Notes under the pieces: model-generated
The model's database searches: none
Seen by the model: only the letters and a program-made list of their open reading frames with translations
What the model was told of the DNA's origin: nothing
NCBI GenBank assembly: GCA_034780895.1
Contig: JAUZTB010000062.1
Coordinates: forward strand, 14,237,805 to 14,301,804
DNA: 64,000 bases
Source of the DNA: Rhynchobatus australiae
Lineage: Eukaryota
Direction of reading: 5' to 3'
Position numbers and translations under genes: made by a program
Shown here: positions 51,386 to 64,000 of the stretch, piece by piece
Layout: the number at the start of each line of letters is the position of its first letter
Numbering within the stretch: the stretch's first letter is position 1

Positions 51386-54300
51386 GAAACGAATTACGAG
51401 TAAAATCTGGCAGCTGCAAAGTGGGTTTTGTCTGAATAGCTTTATCAGCTAGTATGGTTCTGGTGGACAGAATAGACTCCTTAAGTGCCATTAATTTCTA
51501 TGATTTTATGGAGCCAGTTTCTCTCGAGCTACTCTTTTAATATTGAATGCCTTCATTAAAGCTCACATTAACAGTTCCGGCTCCAAGAAGAGCAACCACA
51601 GCCTCTCTGATCTCCACATAACTCAGTTCCCCATCAAAAAAAGGGAACAAAAGAGAAAGATAAAATTCCATGTCTATCTCACATGAAAAGCCCTCCAGCA
51701 CACCGAAAGGCACATTTCCCAAGACAAAAACAAACCAATAAAAAAACCTTGCAGAGTTTTAAAAGAAGATATTTTTAAATGTGGAAACTTAAATGCAGTT
51801 TTCAAAATTTGCACAAGATTAATCTTCAGATTATAAATACTAAACACAAATGTTATAGGACAACTCAGAGCTGGTGATGGAGTCATTCATTCCAGGTGCC
51901 TGTCGCTCTCCCTACATATGTGCTTGGGTGTCCCTGGAGAGGAAGCATGTGGTGTCCATCAGCGTGTTCAAAGGCTTCTGAAACCAGTGGGCAACCTAGA
52001 GCCTAGAGCAAATTGTCAAACCTCCAGGACAACATTTTGATTTGATTTAAGTTTTCTTTTTTTCTTCAAACACGGTTGCTTTTACAAATTACAGTCTGGG
52101 TCTTAATAACAAAGGAATGGCACAATCAAACAAAAAGATGCAGTAATAATTTTCAAGAGAAAAGCAAACAATAACTTTCAGTGTAAAAATCAAGAAACAG
52201 TTTTCAGGGTCTTGGAATTCAACCAGGAAATAAAAAGGGGAAAATAGAAAAAGGGTAACTCTTAACTTGAAAATCATGAAGCCTACAAAAAAAGGATGAC
52301 GTGTACACAGATTTCATAGTTAATAATAATGCTCAGGAAGCTTAACATTCTCTTGGACAAAGCAGCCCACTTGATTGACACCTCTTCAACCACCCTAATC
52401 ATTTATTCCCTACACTACTAGCACACAGTGTGTACCATATACAAAATGGACTGACAGACTACTCTGAAAACAATTCCCAAACCCACACTATCTCTACCAT
52501 AGATAGGCACATGAATATGCAGAGCATGGAGAGAGATGGACATTATGTAGGCAGAAGGGATTAGTTTAGTTCAGTGTTTAATTAGTTCAGCACAACATCA
52601 TAGCCCAAAGGGCCTGTTCCTGTGCTGTACTGTTCCATATTCCATGTACCACCAGGAACGACAGGAGCAGCAAGCACATGGGAGTGCCACCAACTGCAGA
52701 TTCCACTCCAAGTCACCAATCCTACATCGTGCCTGGGCCTAATCCTGAAATTCCCCACTCAACAGCATTCTGGAAGTACTTTCACCACTGCAGCAGTTCA
52801 AGAAGGCAGCTCATCACCACCTTCCCAGGGGCACTTAGGGATGGACGATAAATGCTAGCCTTGCCATCAGTGCTCAGATCCTGAAAAATGAATGTGAAAA
52901 AGATACCTATTAATACTTTTCTGTCACAATTATTAATCAATATGCTGTAAACCTTCAGATCAAATGTTGTCACAGGTTAATAACCTTTCCATGCGTTGCA
53001 CTGCTAAGAATGTGCTTTCCCTCAACTATTGAAATAAATCACAACCAAAAAAAATTCCCCTTTTTAGAGCGGTTCAACTGTAAAGGAAAGAAATCATAAA
53101 ATAGGAAACATAATAGTTATATTGCTGTTAGTATCCACAGTGCACTCCATTTTCTGCATTGCTCACCCATCAGGAAGGCTTCAAGGGTACCTGCAAACAC
53201 TGCCTGCTCTTTCTCCAGGACCATGTGTACAGAAACAAGATTGCAAAAAGGAGCACACAGCTAAAGATGACCCAGCTGGTCTGCATCTAGTGTGGATCTC
53301 TAGGTAGTAACCTTTGGCCCATGCAAAAGTAGACCTAGAAGGAGGTCAGCCTGCTCCTCTTGGTAACTTTAGGTTAGAAACATAGGACCAAAGTGGAAAT
53401 TCAAATTATGGAGCAACTCAGTTAAATAGCAGAAAAGAGTCTGTGACCCTCAAATTCCTAACAATCCTATAACTCCCAGGTGGTATACCTATATTTATTG
53501 GAATGGAGACTGTTCTTCCAGTTTTTGACAAAGAAGGTAATAGTATTGGTATTCACTGGAGCAATTTGTACATAAAATGCAACATTAAAGAGGATTAAAT
53601 GTCTCCTGTAATGTTCTTTTGCCAGCATTTTTATTTTTATCTCATTTTACATGTTGTTAAGCGTCTTTCAGCAGAGCTGTTATGTTTTGTTGCCTGGTCC
53701 CTTTGGGAAACTCTTGCAATAAACCAAAGTTCAAAATGAATTCCCAGTTACGTCTACTCGAAGGGAGGGGTATTAACTTGTATTTTCCACAGAAGTTTGT
53801 AATACATAAATGAAGTGTGTGTTTTGTTTCTGGTGGTTGTACTACATGCCAGCTAACATACAGGCTTCTCAATTTCATCCTGTGCTAATTGCTGAAGTGA
53901 GAAACCAAGTGAAAGTCAAGTTCTTCCCTGCGCACCCGCTCTCCTTCCCTCCCCCACTTCCCCCCACTGCCCCCCCCCAAGCGACAGGCATGATCAAAGG
54001 AAAGAAACAGCTGAAGCCACTCAGGCATAGTTCCTGTCAGCTAGGAACAAGGTATCACTATCAGGTCAGATATGGGTGAATGGCGTTTGGAATGTCACAC
54101 AGGGCTAACAACTGCTGGAAAGAGGACAACAAAATTGTTGATGGAGTATGGAATGCGTTACCCTAAGTGGTCACAGTTTAAGAAAAACATTTAAGGCAGA
54201 ATTGGAAAAATGCTTAAAAAAGAAAAAATAAATTAAGGAAAATAGAGAAATAGTTAAATTGTCTTGATGGGGTGCCAGAACTAATAAATTAATGATGGAC

Positions 54301-56149
54301 CAATTAGGCTACATCTGAGCTACAATTTTAAGGATTCATTGTTCCTATCACATTGAAATCAGTCATGTAACATGCTTAGCATACCATCTAAAATGCTGGA
54401 TCACCTTTGGCAAATCAAAGTCTAGAAATTGCAGTCATTTGTGGATAATGTGTAACTGGCTTGTAAATTGGTCTGGGCATATCTGAATGTGATTCACCAC
54501 AGCATAGCTGGCATTTTCCTGGTTTCAGATGTGCACCTAATGACATTAGAAGTCACGTGGCTCAAGTTTACTCCGTTGCCGGCACACATTGGAACTTAAG
54601 AGGCAACCTACAAACTTCCGTGACCACTGACAGAAAAACTTGTAGCATATTGTGTAGAGATTGACAGTGATAAGGCAATGAAAGGGTCTGCAATGTGGCA
54701 TCAATATCTTGCAACTAACAGCTGCCAGCCTGTTTTCAGTGGTCAGGATAATGGAAACTGTGACAGTGGTTATCCCAGCCTTTTTGTCCAGATCACATCA
54801 GAGATGCACAACATGAACAGTGGTTCCTTGACCAGCCCACATCTTGTAGTGGCATGGGGCCACTTGTGGCATGGGATTTAGTGAGGAGAAAATATTACAT
54901 TGTAATTGGGCGGTGAGGGTGGATGGTTGGCACCAAGACATGGCGAATGGATTGTCCTCCCACATGTTTTCACTCACCTCCTTGCAAGCACTTTATGCAC
55001 CTGTTCTGTGTGCCATAGGGAGAGTACCTTTAAGATCCGATGATCTTCCCAGAGATCAGAGGGTCAACAACACACCACAGCAGTGTTCTTAATGAGCTTT
55101 TATGTTATTTCACAGATTTCTGTAGAGAAGTTGAGTGGGCATTAGCACTATACACAGACATGTTTAGAGCCAGAAAAGAGAGTGGAATACAATTTCTAGG
55201 CAATGCTTCTTTGTCAACCATTCATTATAATGTTTGGCTGGTTTGTGACATAAACATTATATTCTAAACACAACAAAAGTTGTTTTTGATATAACCCTTT
55301 CATTTGGCAGTAAGTTTGCAATTGTAATTTTTTTAGTAATTCAGAAAATGTCAGTATTGTCTACCATCAAATAATTTAAAGGAACAATCTAACCCTACGT
55401 TAGATATAACTGAAAAGGTCATTGGAGTCATCTTCACTGTTAGAAAGTCATCATCATTTATCTAAATTACCAGTTACCTTTTCAGGGAACTATCTTTTTT
55501 TTCCTATATTTCTAAAAGTTAACACCCTGGAGATTAATAATTTACAAGAGAATACATTCATTTTTGAAATTGTAGTTAATATAAAATTAGCAATTTTTGC
55601 AAAATCAGTCACATGATCCATTCAAACTTCTGACATATGCACATTGGTAAACAACCATCATTTTAATGATTTCCCCAGACCACACCACCTTTTTCTTTTG
55701 ACTCCTGTCAGGGCGTATGGGGGAGAGGTACCAGAAGTTGCATGGGCCCCTCAGTGATAACCATTCGGCACTTTAATAATATGCACAAATGTTTGCATGT
55801 GTATTATATGTTTGTGCCCCACCAAAATTCCTGAAATCCCATGTATGCTCCCCGGCCTGTTCTAAAATTGCCAAAACGTTCCTGGAAAGTGAAAGTCAAG
55901 TTTGAACTCAATGTTGAATTCCACGACTTCAGATAACTTGATTTTTCTGTCTGTATCAGTCATCAATTTGTGACATTATCTCAGTTTGTTTGTTTTCCTT
56001 TTTTTTCTCTCTGGGAGTGTAGGACATGCTCAGTCTTCCTGCTCTGCAACTTGCAACTCTAACATTCTTTTGTCTGTGTTCTATTGTCTATGATCTCACT
56101 CTCTAACTGCTCCCATTCACTCATTGACCAGATAATCTTCTTTACAGTT

Positions 56150-56765
56150 TATTCAAGACATCAAATTGGGTTTATTGTCAGATGCACAAGTATGGTGAGG
56201 TACAGGTACAATGAAAAACTTGCCTACAGTAGCATCACAGGCATGTAGGTTCAGACAACACACAGAACATAAATTATACCAGATAGTGAAGAAATAAAAG
56301 GATATGCAAAACAAAGACATTAGTCCAAAAAAACCACAACTAGAGACTGACCCATGTTGGTGCAAGAGATGTCCGCAATGTTCTGTTGCTGAGGTCCAAT
56401 TAGGGTTGTACAGGTCGATTCAAGAACTTGATGGTTGTAGGAAAGTAGCAGTTCCTGAACCTGGTGGTGTGGGTTCCGTACCCCCTGCCTGATGGCAGCA
56501 GTGAGAAGAGGAAGGGAGGACTACATGACCCAGATGGTGGGGGTCCTTAATTATAGATGCCACCTTCACGAGGCAGTGCCTCCTGTAGATGCTTTCAATG
56601 GTGAGGAGGGCTGTACCCATGATGCACTAGGCTGTGCCCACTACTCTCTGTGTTTCCGTGTGTTGGAATTGCCGTACCAGGACATGATGTAAGCAGTCAG
56701 GATACTTTCAACAGTGCATCTGCAGGTGTTTGTTGGAGTATTTGGTGACATGCCACATCTCCCAT
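56150..56765 (-). mobile_element. Rex1/Babar LINE 3' fragment
   Basis: IESIYRRHCLVKVASIIKDPHHLGH C-terminal motif and tgacaataaa tail. Confidence 0.75.
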
Positions 56766-56844
56766 GGTCACACCAGTTCTACCCCTTCAGAGATATTCCC
56801 CTCCCCATTCTCACTGCAGCTTAATAAGCTTCATTTGTCTTATT

Positions 56845-56950
56845 CCCAGTTCTGACAAAGGGTCTTTGACCTGAAACGCTAACGCTGTCTCTTCCCACAG
56901 GTGCGGCCTGACCTGCAGAGTATTTCCAGCATTTTCTGCTTTTGCTTTAT
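56845..56950 (+). mobile_element. Penelope-type terminal repeat with decayed hammerhead core
   Basis: CTGACAA AGGGTC TTT GACCT GAAACG ... gcctgacctgcagagtatttccagcattttctg. Confidence 0.55.
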
Positions 56951-57349
56951 ATTCTTGAAAGGCCCAGTTTCCCTTTATTATGTCACTCAATGAATGATGC
57001 AAAATTATTCACTACATGGGGCATGCAGCTGAATCACTTTCAGGTGAAGATAACTACCCCTACGCAGGGTCTGCTGCAGTATGACCAGGAACGGGATCCC
57101 TATCCCAATGGTTCCTCCTTGAGAGAGGAAAGGAGACTAAATTCATCCTCCTTTCGTTCTGACTGTGATTGGCTAACTCAGCACAGATGGAGGGTCAAAC
57201 CTTCCATTTTACGTAGCTCACATGGGTAAGCTTAGAGGTCTCTCAGTGAATTTTCTTTTTAAATATATCTTAATATACATCAATCAAAAGATATTTGGAT
57301 CATTATCAGAAATATTCTATATTTTATTTTTCATTAAATATTCAGCTTT

Positions 57350-58030
57350 ATAAGTTGGCATTGGTTTATTATTATCACATGTACCGAGATACANNNNNNN
57401 NNNNNNNNNNNNNNNNNNNNNNNNNNNNNNNNNNNNNNNNNNNNNNNNNNNNNNNNNNNNNNNNNNNNNNNNNNNNNNNNNNNNNNNNNNNNNAAATATT
57501 CAGCTTTATAAGTTGGCATTGGTTTATTATTATCACATGTACCGAGTTACAAGTGTAAAGCTTTTGTTTTGCATGCCATCCAGAAAGATCATGCCGTACA
57601 TAATTACATTGAGATAGTAAAAAGAATACAGAATGCAGAATGTAGTGTTGCATTTGCGGAGAAACTACAGTGCAGGTAGACAAATAAAGTACTAGGGCCA
57701 TGATGAGGTAGATTGGGAAATCAAACGTTCAAGAGTTCATCTTTTAGCACATGAGAGGTCTGTTCAAGAGTCTGATAACAGTGAGATCAAAGCTGACCTC
57801 GAGTCTGGTGGCTCATGCTCTCAGGCTTTTGTCTCTTCTACCCGGTGGGAGAGCGGAGAAGAGAAAATTAGAGTGGGAGGGATCTTTGATTATGTTGGCT
57901 ACTTTCCTGAAGCAGCAGGAAGCGTAGACAGATTCAGTGGAAGGGGGATTTATTTGTGTGATGGATGGGTTGCATTCACAACTCTCTGCAATTTCTTGCA
58001 GTCTTAGGCAGAGCGGTCACAGTTTGGTAT
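57350..58030 (-). mobile_element. Rex1/Babar LINE 3' fragment
   Basis: ggtttattattatcacatgtaccgag 3' end and downstream ORF2 text. Confidence 0.65.
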
Positions 58031-58094
58031 GGTAACTGCAGTACCCAAAAGTAACCTCTCCTTTTAAAGTTTCAGCATGAAATATTCTTCTAAA

Positions 58095-59724
58095 TGGGTT
58101 GTGGTAGACGGAGCGTATTCCGCCTGGAGGTCAGTGACCAGTGGTGTTCTGCAGGGATCTGTCTGGACCCCTGCTCTTTGTGATTTTTATAAATGACTTG
58201 GATGAGGATGTGGAAGGGTGGGTTAGTAGGTTTGCTGATGGGACAAAGGTTGGTGGTGTTGTGGATAGTGTAGGGGTTGCTGTAGATTCCAATTCNNNNN
58301 NNNNNNNNNNNNNNNNNNNNNNNNNNNNNNNNNNNNNNNNNNNNNNNNNNNNNNNNNNNNNNNNNNNNNNNNNNNNNNNNNNNNNNNNNNNNNNNNNNNN
58401 NNNNNNNNNNNNNNNNNNNNNNNNNNNNNNNNNNNNNNNNNNNNNNNNNNNNNNNNNNNNNNNNNNNNNNNNNNNNNNNNNNNNNNNNNNNNNNNNNNNN
58501 NNNNNNNNNNNNNNNNNNNNNNNNNNNNNNNNNNNNNNNNNNNNNNNNNNNNNNNNNNNNNNNNNNNNNNNNNNNNNNNNNNNNNNNNNNNNNNNNNNNN
58601 NNNNNNNNNNNNNNNNNNNNNNNNNNNNNNNNNNNNNNNNNNNNNNNNNNNNNNNNNNNNNNNNNNNNNNNNNNNNNNNNNNNNNNNNNNNNNNNNNNNN
58701 NNNNNNNNNNNNNNNNNNNNNNNNNNNNNNNNNNNNNNNNNNNNNNNNNNNNNNNNNNNNNNNNNNNNNNNNNNNNNNNNNNNNNNNNNNNNNNNNNNNN
58801 NNNNNNNNNNNNNNNNNNNNNNNNNNNNNNNNNNNNNNNNNNNNNNNNNNNNNNNNNNNNNNNNNNNNNNNNNNNNNNNNNNNNNNNNNNNNNNNNNNNN
58901 NNNNNNNNNNNNNNNNNNNNNNNNNNNNNNNNNNNNNNNNNNNNNNNNNNNNNNNNNNNNNNNNNNNNNNNNNNNNNNNNNNNNNNNNNNNNNNNNNNNN
59001 NNNNNNNNNNNNNNNNNNNNNNNNNNNNNNNNNNNNNNNNNNNNNNNNNNNNNNNNNNNNNNNNNNNNNNNNNNNNNNNNNNNNNNNNNNNNNNNNNNNN
59101 NNNNNNNNNNNNNNNNNNNNNNNNNNNNNNNNNNNNNNNNNNNNNNNGATTTGGAGAGTTTTTAAAAAAATGTCACAAAGCTTACTTATTCCAAAATCAT
59201 CGGGTCAATGAGTTATTTAAATCCTGATTTTCAGTTTGGAAGAGAGTGACAGAATAGCCGATCCCTTACCAATATGTTGAATATTAGCAAATTAAAACAA
59301 ATAGAATTAAAACAGCCTCTATTTTCTGGTAGTTAATTATCAGAGACAATATAAAACTAAGTGCCCTACAATGGCAAACAATACATTCCTTACAATGTAA
59401 TCTTAACCCCTACTTTACACAAAAGATCATTCAGAAGTCCACAGGGAAGGGCTTGTTCTCACCTGTCCAAAGAGGCCATAGCGCAACTCTGAAATTTACT
59501 TAAGAAAGGCCTGAATCCAACTCCAACAACTCATGTTGTTGATATATTTCTTTACCTCTCTCATTTCATCAGAGATAAATGGGATATTCTTGTCATTCAC
59601 CTTAGCATTAATGAAAGCGGGTTGAGGGAACTCGGCCTTTTCTCCTTGGAGCGACAGAGGATGGGGGGGGGAGGGGGACCTGACAGAGGTGTATAAGATG
59701 ATGAGAGGTATTGATCGGGTAGAT
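58095..59724 (+). mobile_element. Younger CR1 pieces flanking gaps (58095-58295 and 59615-59724)
   Basis: GPLLFVIFINDLDEDVEGWVSRFADGTKVGGVVDS (RT motif) and YKMMRGIDRVD. Confidence 0.8.
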
Positions 59725-62439
59725 ANNNNNNNNNNNNNNNNNNNNNNNNNNNNNNNNNNNNNNNNNNNNNNNNNNNNNNNNNNNNNNNNNNNNNNNNNNN
59801 NNNNNNNNNNNNNNNNNNNNNNNNNNNNNNNNNNNNNNNNNNNNNNNNNNNNNNNNNNNNNNNNNNNNNNNNNNNNNNNNNNNNNNNNNNNNNNNNNNNN
59901 NNNNNNNNNNNNNNNNNNNNNNNNNNNNNNNNNNNNNNNNNNNNNNNNNNNNNNNNNNNNNNNNNNNNNNNNNNNNNNNNNNNNNNNNNNNNNNNNNNNN
60001 NNNNNNNNNNNNNNNNNNNNNNNNNNNNNNNNNNNNNNNNNNNNNNNNNNNNNNNNNNNNNNNNNNNNNNNNNNNNNNNNNNNNNNNNNNNNNNNNNNNN
60101 NNNNNNNNNNNNNNNNNNNNNNNNNNNNNNNNNNNNNNNNNNNNNNNNNNNNNNNNNNNNNNNNNNNNNNNNNNNNNNNNNNNNNNNNNNNNNNNNNNNN
60201 NNNNNNNNNNNNNNNNNNNNNNNNNNNNNNNNNNNNNNNNNNNNNNNNNCAGCTCTGTTCTTCCGCAATTTTTAGCCTCACTTCCACTATTCATTGCTTT
60301 CTTGTTCACGTCACATTCACATTCCAAACCTGATGTCTCTGATGAAGTATAAAAAATCAGAAATACAGAGTAAACTAGATTTTTTACCCATTGGTCATGA
60401 ATGGGCAGTAAATCCAGCCCAAAATGTCAACAATTTAAAGAGACAATAAGTAACCAAACCAGAAATCACACAGAGAAAGGCTGCAAGTTTGGCAGTTGTA
60501 GAAAAATGAAAATATATCATGATAGTATAATGGCTGGAACTCTCCTGAAATTGGCAAGGATTGCTCCACCATTGTCCTATGACCTATATTCTTCTCCTGC
60601 TGATAATGGACAGTTAAGGTAAAAATATGTTTCAACACCATCCCTCACCTTAATTACCTTGCATTTCACACAAAGAGATCGCAAATGTCACCAAAGCAGA
60701 TCATTGGATACATGGAACAGTAATGCAACTACATAATACAATTTATGAAGGCTCATCCCTCAGTAAAGTACTCATTGTAAAGAGGAAGGTTCAAAGAGAA
60801 CACTGGCCAGAAAATAAGATTTGCTGCTTTCCATCCATTATTTTACAAGAACGGAGAATACTGTGTACCCAGTATTTCTCAACCAGAAAACCCTCATTCC
60901 TTCTGCATCTGATTGGGAAATCAATCCTTTGATTCAAACTTGAATGAGCACATTCAAGACTTTGTGATGTGCTATATATGTTAAATTCCAAACTTTAAAT
61001 GCCTTTCATTGGTATGTTAACTACAGTTTCTGGTCCAACATATTGCACAAGGCCTGTTGTCAACATTGCGTAATTATCCCTAGTGTGAAGTTGTCCGCAA
61101 GAGAAAAGTTCTGCAGAGTGAATTATCATGCTGCCTCCTTGCACGTGGTGTATTCTATTCATCCCCCATTTTTAAAAAATATATTCATGCATCAACTTTC
61201 TCAAAGCCTCCATAAAAAGGTGCTTCTTTTATTCTCTCACAGATATTGGGATCCAAATATTTTAGGCAGGGTTTCCAAGATCACTTGTATGATATATAAG
61301 TATAAAATACTTATTTCCAATTCTGTTTTAATACATGATATAACAGATTATTAATGCGGAGAAACATAATAATGAAGTCCTTATGTGTTTAGTAATATTT
61401 TCAAGTGGATAGATTATATTTTAAAATCTCAGAGCTATTTGCTCATTAAGCACACTTGGCAATGCTGTGAGTTTCACCCAGTCTCTACTGCCTGTTAAAC
61501 AGAATGCTGCACCGTGAGGTAGTATCATATTTGAGTTGCACAACCTGCCATTAGCTGGAATACTGTACCCAAAGCCCAAATCCCAACATCCTAGCCAAAG
61601 GAAGAAAAATCTAGTGGTTTTCGTTCCAGCATGAAAATAAAGAGAATAAGAGGTGTGATTAATGTTTTTCTTCTTTTCCCTCTTTCGGCAGTTCCTTGGA
61701 TGTGGGGATGACTTTCTTCCATCCTAGATCAGTAGGCTGTGAGGTGCCTGATCGTCACACGGGATCTGCAGGCTCTGCAGGTGGTCCCTGAAGATGTGTT
61801 TCTATGTGGCCTGTTTGAGATGTTGCAGCTCCCCTCACTGTTTGCACTTGACTTCTAAGTTCTCCCATCATGGTCCTGATGTGCTCAGCCCCTTCTCTGT
61901 TTTGAATGGTCATGGGTCTGGGGTTCCTGTGAGTTTGGAGAGGATGTTACATTGTCTCAAGGAGACTTTGAGAACACCCTTCTACCACTTTCTGTTGGAA
62001 ATTGTGTTTTTTTTTTGCTCCAACCAACCAAAAGTAAACCTTTTGTGATGATTAGCTTTAGGAAACGTTAAACCACAGGATGTAATAAATTACATGCAAA
62101 ATAGGATATCAAGATTGTCATCTCCTGTTCCGTTGTTCCAAAAAACCAAGGAGTTGTGAAACACTTTTAAAAAGTAATGAATCTTAATTTTGCTTGTGAT
62201 GGTTTGAAAAGTTAGTGAGTAATAAACCGTTTCATGTTATTGTTCGCTCATGCTACATATCTGCAACAGATCCTCCAAAACACATTTCTGATTGCAAATA
62301 CATATGGATTGGTAGTTGTTGTGAAAGTTATTACATGCTTACCTCAGGGCAGTTCAGAAAGTAGCCTGATTGGAGGCTTTCTATTTTAAAATTTAGAGTC
62401 AATCTAGTTTGAAATGAGAGAAAAAAGCTTTAATTCATA

Positions 62440-62790
62440 TTACGCCATTCGCATCGTCAGGATCTTTCAATTCATTTTCAGTAAACTAAGTGCCTTCAAA
62501 GGACATTCACTGTTGTAATGTGGAAATCCAGTGAAAAGTTGTGCCCAGCAAAATCCTGTAACACGATAACATTCAAATAATCTGTTTCAGTGATGTTGAT
62601 CAAGGGATAAGCGTTGGCCAGAACGCTCAGAAGAATTTCTGTTTTGCACATGGAATAGTGCCATGGCTATTCTATACCCATTTGAAGAGCCAAACAGTCA
62701 TCGGTTCCGATAGTTCAGCACTCACTCAGTCCTGCAATGAAGCGTGAGCTTTGAGAATGAGATTTGTTCTCAAGCTCCTGACAACTGCAC
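62440..62790 (-). mobile_element. DeuSINE/SacSINE1-like SINE
   Basis: cactgttgtaatgt...gtgatgttgatcaagggataagcgttggccag...gaatagtgccatgg...cagcactcactcagt. Confidence 0.6.
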
Positions 62791-63287
62791 TATCATTGAC
62801 AGAAATGCAGCCCAAAATTGTCAATTTTAATGTACCAGCGACTGTCTAGTTACAATATATTTTAAAACCACCTAAATTGGGAATTTTAAGCACTATGCTT
62901 GTTTTGTATACAATCCAATACATCATTACAACTCATGCTTTCTTTATGTTAGTAGTTGAAAAAATCAAAATGTGTCAAGTAATTTTAAAGGTAACAATGT
63001 ATGAACAATCTTGTAGTTTACTATTTAAAACATGTAGCCTAGCATTAGCTAAAGAACATTGCAAATGAAGAATGGCATAAATAGCTACCAACACCTAGCT
63101 ATTGAAACCCATATGTTGCCCATTGATGAATGCAATGGAGCTCTGTGGCCTGAAGAGGCAGTGGGAAGGTTTGGACTCCGGCCGCGAGGGGCCGCTGTGG
63201 CGCGGCTCGGCTCTCGGGGCTTCTCTGTCCGCCGCGCACTCTCGGTGTTTAAAGGGCCCCGACGGTGCGGCCGCCCCTTCGCCGGCG

Positions 63288-63377
63288 ATGGCCGGTGTGT
63301 CTCAGAGGGAGGTCCGGAAAGCAGCAGATCGGCGGCAGAAGCGAGCGGCGGAGGAGCAGAGGGCCAGGATCAAACTG
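63288..63377 (+). CDS. SIRT7: SIRT7 first coding exon
   Basis: GCGATGG Kozak context. MAGVSQREVRKAADRRQKRAAEEQRARIKL resembles the SIRT7 N-terminus (MAAGGLSRSERKAAERVRRLREEQQRERLRQ), followed by a phase-0 donor CTG|GTCAGG. It lies in a CpG island, and SIRT7 is a known neighbour of MAFG. Confidence 0.8.
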
Positions 63378-63592
63378 GTCAGGTTCCGGCGTTTCCTTAG
63401 GCCGTTGTCTGCCGTGGGTTGTATTCCGAGGGCCGGGGTCTGCCGGGCCCGGCCCGGCCTGACCCGACCCTCCCTCTGCCCTCAGTGCCGCCCCTCTCTC
63501 AGTTGATGGCCCAGCGCCCGGTGCCGGCCCAACCCTGGGGCTGGGCAGCCCAGCCCTCCGGTTCATCGGGTCGATCCTCCCACCCCCCTTGG

Positions 63593-63780
63593 TCGGTGAC
63601 CCGGGTCACATTCCCCCCCTGGGGGAGGCGGGGGCCGGGCTCGGTGACCCGGGTCACATTCCCCCCCTGGGGGAGGCGGGGGCTGGGCTCGGTGACCCGG
63701 GTCACATTCCCCCCCCCTGGGGGAGGCGGGGGCTGGGCTCGGTGACCCGGGTCACCTTCCCCCCTGGGGGAGGCGGGGGC
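63593..63780. repeat. GC-rich minisatellite, ~48-50 bp unit x4
   Basis: Unit TCGGTGACCCGGGTCACATTC(n)TGGGGGAGGCGGGGGCYGGGC starts at 63593, 63641, 63689 and 63739. Confidence 0.95.
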
Positions 63781-64000
63781 CACACTCGGCTGTTGATAGG
63801 GTGCACCGTGCCTGTGTTTTGCGGGAGGAGAGTTGAACATGGATGAATTTTTTTGTCGGCCAGGATCTCTGCATGAGTATTTATTTCCTCCTCTGAGGCG
63901 GAGCTGCTCTACTGTCACCCAACTTCTGGTTAACACTGGTGTGTGTCCCGAAAAATGAGTTGATTGAGAAGTTGCTGCACCCAGTGCAGAAAGAATACCA

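Larger units (their letters stand above)
63170..63830. promoter_or_regulatory. CpG island / SIRT7 promoter
   Basis: Abrupt GC- and CpG-rich segment in an otherwise CpG-depleted window, with TTTAAA about 40 nt before the ATG. Confidence 0.8.

Noticed and set aside
57337-57546. Direct repeats flanking 100-N gaps (also at ~8731/8846, ~13541/13656 and ~42645/42759)
   Set aside because: Identical sequence on both sides of fixed-size gaps indicates contig-overlap assembly artefacts, not target-site duplications.
58141-60333. Long ORFs of 200-356 aa
   Set aside because: They consist mostly of N runs.
63593-63780. CRISPR-like palindromic repeats
   Set aside because: There are no unique spacers, and the context is a eukaryotic tandem repeat.
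63059-63936. Multiple overlapping GC-rich ORFs, including repetitive peptides
   Set aside because: By-products of the CpG island and minisatellite; only 63288-63377 resembles a known protein.

Overview
This is vertebrate genomic DNA. The repeat content (HE1/V-SINE-like, DeuSINE-like, CR1, L2, Rex1/Babar and Penelope-type tails) points to a cartilaginous fish. The window holds the small-Maf gene MAFG on the minus strand: two coding exons (23405-23440 and 8094-8546) give a 162-aa protein, with a candidate 5' exon/promoter near 50.7 kb and an apparently ~6 kb 3'UTR. At the right end, the CpG island and first coding exon of SIRT7 lie on the plus strand, head-to-head with MAFG. The rest is intron or intergenic DNA rich in decayed retroelements, plus two Tigger/pogo transposase fossils, a two-copy TA-flanked MITE and many N gaps. 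The strongest non-coding signal is four perfect TGAGTCAGCA (ARE/CNC-sMaf) sites inside MAFG itself, three of them close to candidate first exons, which suggests a CNC-sMaf feedback loop. I found no convincing wholly new protein-coding system. Repeat boundaries are approximate and were judged by eye.
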